DNA of 55,944 nucleotides, counting the filler, from Sphacelaria rigidula (taxonomy: Eukaryota), in assembly GCA_964200075.2 (NCBI GenBank). It is 6 parts of 6 records of this genome, joined end to end, with 100 filler letters (N's around TTAATTAATTAA, not from the genome) between each part and the next. Parts side by side here need not be neighbours in the genome. Positions count along the whole stretch, not along the records: positions 46,706 to 55,944 come from CAXNAA020008956.1; 5 more parts are not named here. One strand, 5' to 3'. Positions 46,706 to 55,944 of this stretch are shown here, piece after piece. The position numbers and the translations under genes were made by a program. The notes under the pieces were generated by a model. The model had not been told where the DNA came from. It worked only from the letters and a program-made list of their open reading frames with translations, and did not search any database. Within the stretch, counting starts at the first letter, position 1. Each line of letters opens with the position of its first letter.

Positions 46706-47400
46706 AAGCGATGGCCCAGGACAGGTACTTTCTGGGCCGACTGGTGGCCCAGATAAGGTACGGTTGAAAAATAATTCAAGAATTCCTGGATCAGATATTA
46801 TACCTGGCCGACATGTAGCCTAGAAAGGGGGAGTGGTTTCTGGAGGCGAGGCGTCCTTCTGCGCATGACCATATCTCGCGAGTAACATGTTTCTTTGTGG
46901 ATTTTTTTCGAGGCTCGGGTGGCGAGGAGCCCCCCGAGTGGTGTGTGTCAAAAACTCGGAGTGAACTCGGTGTAGATTGTGTGTTTCGCTGTTTTCTTCA
47001 CGTTTCCCGTAATTTTTTTGGACCTTTCTCAGGCAAAATACGAGAAGGTATCTACTTTTTCTGGGCCATTGCCTTTGTATTTATGAGACCATGCTCCGTG
47101 TCGAGTGCCTTGAGTATCGACCAGCCGCCCGGGCAAGTATGGCAAGGCGTGAGATAATATTGCTACTTTAACCTCAGGCTGTCGCTACTGTGCGCTCGTG
47201 TGGATACATGTGTATGAGCGTGGCCGCGGCATCCGAGGTCATATCAGGACAGAGTGTAAAGTGTCTCGAGTCTGATCGCGCCGTTTCCCCCCCCTCAACA
47301 TACATACAGAATCGGTCACAACATACAAAACCGATCAGTCACTTCATGCCAGCAAGAAAACAGAGGTAAGACAGCCGGCGGGGGCGGGGGGACCTGGGTC

Positions 47401-47547
47401 TCAATCGGGGGAAACTAAGCAGCAACGGAGATCTAAGAATGCTCGAGGTGCTCCTCTCCCCAACTCTCCGGTCCCCCACATCCATCCTCGATGATAGGCG
47501 AATTCCCGGACATGCTCCCTGGTCCATATCTCTTGGACCAGCTCGTA
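47401..47547 (-). CDS. Possible exon of an unidentified gene
   Basis: A good acceptor (CCCTGCAG) is followed by GTARYELVQEIWTREHVREFAYHRGW..; upstream exons not resolved. Confidence 0.25.
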   Translation of the reverse strand, partial: YELVQEIWTREHVREFAYHRGWMWGTGELGRGAPRAFLDLRCCLVSPD

Positions 47548-48693
47548 GCGTGCCGTTCCTGCAGGGTATATGACATGAATCCGAACGTTGAGCGCATGTA
47601 TGCGTATGTCTACCGTTTCATTACACAAGAATAATTTATATATGGCTTTGTTGACCCGACATGTGAGTACTACGGCGACATGCGCTGCTGGTACCTTCGA
47701 CCGCACAAGTGCCGAATGAACAAAAACAACCAGCTTCATGCATGCGCACGCACGAGACACTGTTGCACTGACTGTATCCAATTTAATGCCCTGCTGTTGT
47801 CCGCTCATGATCGAAATCTTAGATGTGATCGCCAAGTCATTACTGACACCACCTTTCTCTAGAGATGCATTCTTCTACAGTAACCTTACGTTTTCGTAGC
47901 ACCTCCTGCTACAGTACCACCACCCACCACCTACACAGCAGAACTTGCGCAAAAAAGTTCAATGTTTGCGTGATTTTCAAACCTCGATGGTTCACTGAGC
48001 ATAATAACCAAGCAAACACTCAGCGAAACCCACCCTCATCATAATATGCTCCGGATAGTTCACTTGTGTTCTCTAAACGACGACCGCTGGCCACCGGCAG
48101 CCGACGCGGACAGCAACGCCATCGCTCTGGGCCACTGTGCCTCCGTTGGACTATTATTACCACAGCATGTCTGAGGGGCTGATCATGTCTGCCTGCTGCC
48201 CAGAAACAAGAAAAATACCAATATCACACACCTCAACAGGACACATACGATAAGACGCGCAAGACTTTTACACGACGTAAATGGTTTGCACGAGGATGGA
48301 ACACCGCGCGCAGCAAGCATCTCGCAGAATCATCTCTCTAATTATCGTCAAGCGCTACGACAGGAAGGCCCTTCGAATTCATACACTGGTCAAAAGGAAA
48401 TTCTTCTTCTTCTCGTATTTCATGTCTTCACATCCTGCAAAAGTATGCACACACGCAACCCTTGCAGTCGAACGTGACCGAGGGCCAATGGGAGCGGAAA
48501 CATCCCTCACCACCTTCGAACTCCATGTATCCCCATATCCGACATGCCATTCGGCCACTTGAAAGACTTCACACCAGTCCCATAAACCACGGGTCGAACA
48601 CAAGAACCAGTAACTAACTATTCCTGCTTCGTGCAACGCACGCACCACCATTGAACCCCACTTTTAATTTGACGTTTGCTTGCTTGAATTCCG

Positions 48694-50424
48694 TCAAGCA
48701 GCCGCAGACTTTGCTTCTGGCATTGCCGGATCTACGGAAGGCGGGGTCCCCATAAGCGCCTTGATCCAGATCGCGCAGATCGACAACGTCCCGTAGCTCA
48801 GTCCCACCACCACGCCCGCATCCACGATGGATCTCCACGGGTAGGGCATGCGCTTCACCAACTGCACCAGGCACAGCACCCCCGTGGTCAATCCCCAGCT
48901 GACAGTCTTCCTTTTTTTGGTGGCGTGGAACAGTCCCATGCTGTAAGGTCCGGCCAACAGGACACGAAGCGGTCCCGGGCGGCCCGATGGAGTTGCGGGT
49001 GTGGTTTCTCTCGCGTCAAGCGTAAGAGCGCGCTTGACGACTAGGGGGGAGAACTTTTTCTGAAATCCCTTGAAGCCTTCTGCGTACGCCATTAGAAGGG
49101 AGAAGCCCCCGTACATCGCCCAGTGCATGTGTGTGAAGTCTCCCTGGCATGTATGCATCCCATCCGTGCATGAAAGCAGAGGGAAATTTTTCGTTGTCCA
49201 TAAAGTCGGTGGTTGACACGCGCGTAATGTATAGAAGTATTCAATGCATTTTTGCTGTTGCGGAGAGTAGCGATGATGATGACGACCCGTTCACTCTTGC
49301 GTATTTAGCCTAGTACTCATGGACGAAAACAACACTGAAACGTTCGATACTACTTTAGGTACCTTGTCCCCCACTCCCTTCCTCCCGTGCGGGGTGGGAG
49401 GACCTCAATTCCGCGTAAAGGGGATGATCGTACTACGTAGTGTTTGAATGGCGAGATACCCATGAGGCAATGTGGAACTCGAGGCTGTACCTGGAAGTAG
49501 CGATACCAGAAAATATAGCAACTCATTGGAGGCTGCCATTCACATGCAAGATAAAGATAATCAGTTCGCTTCGGGCCAAACAATCTTAGCAGGATGCAGT
49601 TCACCCTTAATGCGACTCGCCGAACACATTACGACGCTTCTCGCTTGGTGATCGATTGCGAGCCTGGTCCGGCGAAAACCCGACGTACTCTGTCGCGGCT
49701 TGTAGGGATGCGAGGCCAATGGTCCCATGACTACGGCATGCAAGATCATGAGTCCCCTTCCCTCTCGGCTTTGGAGGGATGCGGGGTCAATCGTCTTACG
49801 ACCACGGCTTGCAATATCATGAGTACCCTCCCCCCCCCTCTCCTCTCTCACCCTCGAGAACGGCTGAACAGCGATCGGCGCCAGCCGCGTGATCGCCTTC
49901 ATCAGGATATAAACTACAGACACCACCCCCCACGCGCTTCCGAATCCAAACCCCGACGGTCCACCCGCCACCGCCGCCGCCGTCGCGCCCCCCGACACTA
50001 GCAGTCCCTTGCCAGTACTCGGCGAAGATCCAGGTACCAGAGGCGAGGAGTCGTGGGCTTCGGCGGCTCTTTCCAGGTCTGGGGAGAAGGCCATTGCCAA
50101 TCTTTGCTTCCTCGGAGAGCAGATGAACCTCCGGCAGCGTGCTACACGGGTGCCTGTGTGGAGGGGCAAAATGGTGATGATCCAAGATGCGAGCCACAGT
50201 CAGTCGATGTTCTTGGAAGGCGGCAGAAGAGCATGGTACCAGCAAGTGTTAGAGCTAACGCACGTACGATATACCCGTTACAACTCAGAGTCACCTCGCG
50301 GGTCCTGTACACCGCAGGTGTCATGAAGTTGGCCTCCACAGACGCGGTATTTACGACCCGTGGAACGCCGAGAGTCGGGCGTCAATTCTGGAAACTTACA
50401 GAGCGATCCCGCCGCACAGGGCAT
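48694..50424 (-). CDS. Conserved hypothetical multi-pass membrane protein
   Basis: Exons 50400-50424 (tentative start MPCAAGSL), 49852-50153 (..AWGVVSVVYILMKAITRLAPIA..), 48694-49143 (..MAYAEGFKGFQKKFSPLVVKRA..MGLFHATKKR..PYPWRSIVDAGVVVGLSYG..*). Phases match; several hydrophobic segments. Confidence 0.8.
49395..49838 (+). mobile_element. Two tandem family A copies (about 49395-49760 and 49766-49838) in an intron
   Basis: Each ends CATGAGT(A)C plus a C-rich tract; the second, shorter copy starts right after the tail of the first. Confidence 0.8.
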
Positions 50425-50967
50425 CGCACCTCAGTCTGTGATGGTGACCCTCCTCAACGAGCTACGTGTGGGTAATGTACGGCAGTACTGCTGTAGCTGG
50501 GTGGAGGGAGGACGAGTTTTTCAACGAGTTCTACAGGCGGGTGTGGAAGGGGTCCGATTCAAGAGCAATCGAAGAAAAGTGGGTTCGATTCAAGAGCGGG
50601 GTGTGCCAAGCCATTTCGAATGCGCTCAAATAGGGTATTCTCTCATTCCGAGCGCTCTTGAATCGTAGCCCCCACTGTCTTAATACTGTAGAAATCAAAA
50701 CCGATATTGAAGTCTCGATTTTGACCTGGCAATGGATTTGGGCCCGGCACCCAAAATGCTTTAGAAATGGATGACATTGAGGATCACCGGGACCGACAAC
50801 TGATGAATAGCATTCGATCCAAGCGCTTCAAACGCTGAACGTCAGAGTTGCGCTGCCTCCCTCGCAGTGCTTCATAGCTCTCACGGTGGCTCACTGAAGA
50901 ATGAACACGATGCCAAAATAATTTTCAAGGGAGAGTGATGCCGATACACCCCAACTCCGACGAACGT

Positions 50968-51519
50968 GAAGAAGTGGGCGGTCTAACTACCAATTTTGTG
51001 GCATTTTGTGATTTTTTCGTAATTGACAATTTTCTCGGGCTCTTTTTTCTTGCCACCGCTCATCACGATGGGAATCTGAAGATTTTTGCATTCGCTCCAC
51101 ATTCCAAGAAAAAAAAAAAATCTGTGCTTAATATTGAGTGACTTACGGGCTCACCGGTCATCAGGGGTCCTGACACGTTTCAGCCCAGATTCCTACTCTT
51201 CGGTATTTTTGGTCGATCGGGCCCGTACCGATCACATTTGTGAAGAATTGTACAGTTTTATTTTTGAAATTCTACCTACTCATTGCATTGTAGCCGGAAA
51301 ACTATGTTCCACGGTCAACGACACCCTCCTGATAAACGGGGTATTTAGTCGTATCGCTCGATAACACCAACTAAATCTGACTTGGCACTGTGTTTCGAGG
51401 ATGATTTGTTTTTTGTACCAAAATCTACCCAAGCTAGCAACTTCGAGTTCTATCGAAGAGTAGCACGTACGCGAGGAAAACCCCGAAACTCCCCTAAATA
51501 GTTAGACCACCCACTACTG
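50968..51519. mobile_element. Tc1/mariner-like MITE, second copy
   Basis: AGTGGGCGGTCTAACTA ... TAGTTAGACCACCCACTACTG-TA; reverse-complement homologue of 10234-10769. Confidence 0.8.
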
Positions 51520-51847
51520 TAAATACGCATACCTTACATTCAGTTCAACCAGTGTCATCACGAAAAGAAACAAGGAACAGAAACAAGTTTTGACAAAAGG
51601 TGCCGTGGTGGTAAAAGTGTCATGATCACAACAGGGTGAAAAACAATTGTGCCACGGGAAGAGCAGCAGGGGTCCTTACAACATGTCTTTGTGCCGTACC
51701 TGCCTAAAGAGCTGCACGCTGCATTCAAGAGTTGTGGATCTCTCACCTTCTGCTGGCTGGCTGGACTCGCGAATCGGAACAACTATAGTTTTGTTCTTCT
51801 GCATATAAGAGTAATGCCACAATGACCCCTCCCCCCAAACCAGCCCC

Positions 51848-51977
51848 GCTTGATGTTTGATTGCGAGTCTGGTCCGGCGCTGGTCCGGCGAGAACACGGC
51901 GTGCTCTGTCCCGGCTTCATAGGGATGCGGGGTCGATGGTCTCATGACATGGGATGCAAGATCACGAGTACACCCCG
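51848..51977 (+). mobile_element. Family A retroposon, 5'-truncated, with TSD
   Basis: Direct repeat CCAAACCAGCCCC at 51835-51847 and 51978-51990, each preceded by Cs. Confidence 0.8.
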
Positions 51978-52326
51978 CCAAACCAGCCCCAAAACTGCCA
52001 CGAGTAAAATGGCCATTCAGCGCATAATAGTTGGTTTCGAACTGCATGAAAAGCCTCATGTGGGAAACATTGGCGAAACGATTCTAAGCGTGGGATTTCC
52101 TAGCTGCTTGGTATGCATTTTTATTGACATGTAGATTTTCTTTTCTAAAAACACGTCACTCTTCTGAGGAGGAGGGGGGGTGGGGGTTATCGCGGCATCA
52201 GTCTTCATATTTTTTACTTGAGTTCCGTGCCTTGCTGGCTGTCCATGAAGAAGGCAGTACAGATCCGTACCATACTGTCGTTTGTTGCACCACAAGTACC
52301 GTTTGTTTCGAAGTGTACACGAGTGT

Positions 52327-53886
52327 TTATATCCGTTCCATTTTCCCGCTCTCCACGCCCCAAACGATGCCGACGCGCTTTGAGTCGCCCATCCTCGGTA
52401 CTAACGTTCTCGGCAAGTACTTCGACTTGTGGAGAGCTGTTCGGTGAACTGTGTGCACGTCAACGTGCTCTTGAGGAGAGTGTTGCGTCTGTTGTGTTCC
52501 CGGGGCGCGAGTTCGAGTCGGCAGCGCAAGTAGCCATGAAAATAGAGTAAAATACTCTTTTCCCCTTGAAATTTTCCCGACGCAAGACAAACTCGGCATG
52601 CTTATCGGTGTATCGGAGGTACGAACCGCGCTACGTGCCGCCGGTAGCAAGAACTTTGTCTCAGAGTTGGCGCTAAAATTATATATTGAGGGTTTCAAAG
52701 CTCGGCCAAGAAGCCATCCCCGCGCGGGGGGGGGGGGGGGGGGGGGGGGTCCACAGGGAAAAAACCAGATCATGCTCGTACGACGAAAATAAATGCCATG
52801 CACGTTGCACCTTATACGGTATCTCAAATGCTCTCAACAGGAAGCCTGCACTGAATGGTCCAGTCGCCTTTTGGTGCGCTGCTTCGTACGCTACCGCACT
52901 GTACGGGCTGTCAGAGGCTACCCCCAGTTGTTGCCGTAATGCCCCTGTGATACTTCTTACCAGATTTCAAAGTGCATCTCTTAGACGTGATATACGAAAT
53001 TGCACATTACGTACAGATCCGTGTGTAGGCTGGCTTAGCCCGCACACACCGTCGTTTCCGGGACTGCACAGTCCCGAACCAGAGCAGAGCGATTGTAGCA
53101 GTAGGCACATATGATGCTGTGGTGGTCTGTTATTTCAGTCTAGCGTATAGGTGAAGGGCTATCGTTACTCTTTTGCCGCGGTATATGGTATTTCCCAGTA
53201 CTGTGAACGACGAACAGCGAGCGCGGACATGAGCATGCAAGAGGCTTCAGAGTTTGATGTAGCAAGCACAACCGAGTCACGGAAAAACTTTAGCTTTTTG
53301 ACACGGTCAACTCCCCGGGTTGAGCGAGGGTATTGCGCCTCAGCCTGCTGAAGGCGCCGCAGGCGAGGGACCAAAACACAGGAGAACACATTCAACACTC
53401 GGGTGGGCGGTATGTTTTCAGTGTTGTGACTGAGGGCGCCTAGGAAATGTCCAAGGACATCTTAGGAAAGACATCATAACAGGGACTGGGTTCTTGTTCC
53501 TGCCCCATCCTCACGGGAGTTGTCCATACCGTCCTCACGAAGAGCACAACCGCGTCGGTCGTCCTCAACTCCAACTTTTAAACCCTCCACACAGGTGATT
53601 GTAGAGAACAAGCGGACAGAAAAGGTGGGTGGGCTTGCACTGGTGGATTCGTAAAATCATCCCTGGAATGAGAAACTCCCAATATTGCACCATTGTGCCG
53701 CACTCTAATTGCTGCAGCAACGTACTCACTTGATGCTTCGGGCGTCGACACGGCAGTAGCGGTTGCGGCCCTCACAAACGCTGTCGGGATGCTACTTCTT
53801 CCTCCAGACGAAGCTACAGATGCCACCGACACGGACATAGCAAGGAAGAATACTCTGCTTACCGCCGCCGCAGACGATACGCGCAT
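52327..53886 (-). CDS. Putative multi-exon protein of unknown function with an N-terminal signal/transit-like peptide
   Basis: Exon 53704-53886 (MRVSSAAAVSRVFFLAMSVSVASVASS..PTAFVRAA..) and exon 53216-53347 (QAEAQYPRSTRG..DSVVLATSNSEASCMLMSALA) join in phase. Later exons (about 52811-53126 and 52327-52488) are tentative. Confidence 0.5.
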
Positions 53887-54554
53887 ATTCTATCAGTGAA
53901 GCACAGTCCTCTTCCTACAGCTTCCGTTTCGTTTCGAGGGTCTGAAGTGCGCCGAGCGGGTCGTGCGGGCTCGGGGAGTCTGGGGCTGTGCGGTGAGATA
54001 CGATTCCTTACTTTTTTATTTTGTTTATCACGTAGTGCGAACCCGCAGTCCAAAATAGAAGATATAGTCAAATCTCAAGGTACGTAGACCAGATACCGTG
54101 CATTCTATAGTCATGGATAATTTTTGACACTGGCTTACTCGAAACGCCGTCTCTTCCCGCAAAAGTAGAACGAAAGTAATACTACAGATATATGACCAAT
54201 ATTACTGGCCTTCCTCTGCAGATACGTCGGGAACTACGCTATGACCGAAACAAAACAAACTACGCGTTGGAAACGGTGTATAGCACCCCTGCTTCGACCA
54301 TCTTTTCAAGCATCGAAATTCAGGCAATCAATGCCTATGATCGGTGATCGATGATGATATAATGTTATTCTGAATTTTTGTACTTCATATAAAGTGCTAT
54401 ATCTGATCCGTTCAGAGTAAACGGAAGATGAAACGTTAACCTTATGACCGACGATCGAAGAGAGTGTTATTCAACGTGATATGGATTTCACTAAGTTTGA
54501 ACAGCAACAACATCATCGGACCCAGTAACTTTGTAAAGCTAAAGCACAACTACA

Positions 54555-54944
54555 ATGTCAGGAACGAAGCGCTCGTTCTTCTCCGCCCTCGGCGGAGACG
54601 AAAACAGTAGCAAAAGAATGAACATGAACTCCCATGCCGTGGCGCCAGCACCTGCCTTACCCGTGCCGGCCTCAATCATTACCGCCGATCCCGGTCTGCC
54701 CGCGCCCGCCGCGAACGGCGTCTACTTGGACACCAATGGGAAAGGCATGGCCGCGGCAGAACCATCTAACGAGGTAGCGGCGAACGGAGGGGCGGTAGCA
54801 TCGGTGGTAGAGCCTTCGGCGGAGATTCCAGAAATTGCGGAGCTAGTACCCAACAGACTGAAGCCCCAGGACCCTACCCTCCAAATTCGTGAGGTTACCA
54901 ACAACGGTGATCCCGCTAACATGGAGATGTTGGTCCATCTGAAG
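54555..54944 (+). CDS. GCN5: Histone acetyltransferase GCN5-like, first coding exon
   Basis: The ATG-initiated exon ends LQIREVTNNGDPANMEMLVHLK|GT, matching the start of the GCN5 HAT domain (..V.ND....M..L..LK, before NIFxKQLP). Downstream exons are not in the window. Confidence 0.7.
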
Positions 54945-55221
54945 GTGCATTAGTTACTGTTGTCTGTTGTTCGGAAACAGCCACATGTGTCTGCGTGTGG
55001 CGCTCCGTTCATGTTTTGACTATGTTTGACGCTCAGACATGCGGGAGGTGCAAACCTATTCCATGTCAAGAGCACGTCCCCATCGTGAGGGTGTTGCCGG
55101 TGTTGCCTCGTACACCACGATATGTGTACCAGTGACAAGGTAGAAGCAACATGTGATTCTCGCGGACTCAACGGAATGATGCATGTAGCAGGTTCGTATT
55201 GGCATTCTTGAGCACGGGCAC

Positions 55222-55712
55222 CGTAGGTGAGGTAGGTACCCGGTACCAGTATTTGGGACATCTCATACCGTACCGATACCGGTCCTATCAGATATTTTCA
55301 AATGTCATACCTACGATACCCACGATACCACGGTATTTCGAGATTTTAACGTTTACGGTACCCGCTCGATCGGGTATTTTCAAAACTCATACCTACGATA
55401 CCCACGATACCACAGTATTCCGAGATACCAGTACCCACCGGACCCGCCCAATCGGGTATATTTAAATGTCGTAACTGCGATACCTACGATGCCACGGTAT
55501 TTCGAGGTACCAATACCTAGCGTACCCGCTCGACCAGGTATTTTTCAAAACTCATACCTACGATAAACCTAAGATATCACGGTATCTCGAGATTTCAATA
55601 ACTACCGTACCCGCTCAATCCGGTGTTTTCGAAACTTATACCTACGATACCGACGCATACCACGGTATGGAATACTCCGGTAAATACTGGGGGTAAACCC
55701 AGTAATACCGGA
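55222..55712. repeat. Tandem-repeat element (CATACCTACGATACC / CACGGTATTTCGAGAT units) in GCN5 intron 1
   Basis: About six imperfect 60-90 bp units are directly visible. Confidence 0.7.
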
Positions 55713-55944
55713 CGCGATGGACTCCCCGCGGTGCAGCAGCTGGTCCCAACTTATTGGGCAAAGGCCAGAAGTTGTCGGAGCAGGTACGTTTTGTCTTTAC
55801 AAGTAATATATACCCAGACTCTCCCTGATTTGCGTGTTTGGATAAATTTGAATGAACTTCTTATTATTTAGGCCGCTTCCTATAGTGGACAAAAATAAAA
55901 ACCCGGAAAAATGTATTTTTGGAGCTTGTACGTCGTTTTACGCC

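Noticed and set aside
52811-53116. Long minus frame interrupted by one TGA (RDAL*NLV), possible selenocysteine or readthrough
   Set aside because: There is no redox-type Cys/Sec context or identified SECIS, and a small GT-AG intron can remove the stop.

Overview
This is eukaryotic draft-genome DNA, not one locus. It holds six unrelated contigs sorted by size (1-9242, 9343-18584, 18685-27925, 28026-37265, 37366-46605, 46706-55944), joined by artificial 100-bp N44-TTAATTAATTAA-N44 spacers. Short exons, long GT-AG introns, a GT48 glucan synthase and the repeat landscape suggest a stramenopile, probably a brown alga (inference). Genes reconstructed by hand with phase-consistent splice sites: a partial DENN-domain protein, a complete 60S ribosomal protein L6 (eL6), a partial 1,3-beta-glucan (callose/FKS-type) synthase, a conserved membrane protein of unknown function, a probable signal-peptide protein and the first exon of a GCN5-type histone acetyltransferase. 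The rest is mostly transposon debris: a LINE RT fragment, a decayed hAT transposase, several MITE families and nested insertions. The most striking observation is an abundant pair of retroposon families whose copies share a 3' end (...ATGAGTAC[A/G]) followed by poly(C), not poly(A). They are variably 5'-truncated, and five copies have 9-16 bp target-site duplications that begin in a C-run. This looks like a poly(C)-tailed, C/G-tract-targeting LINE/SINE system. No CRISPR array, tRNA or rRNA could be supported.
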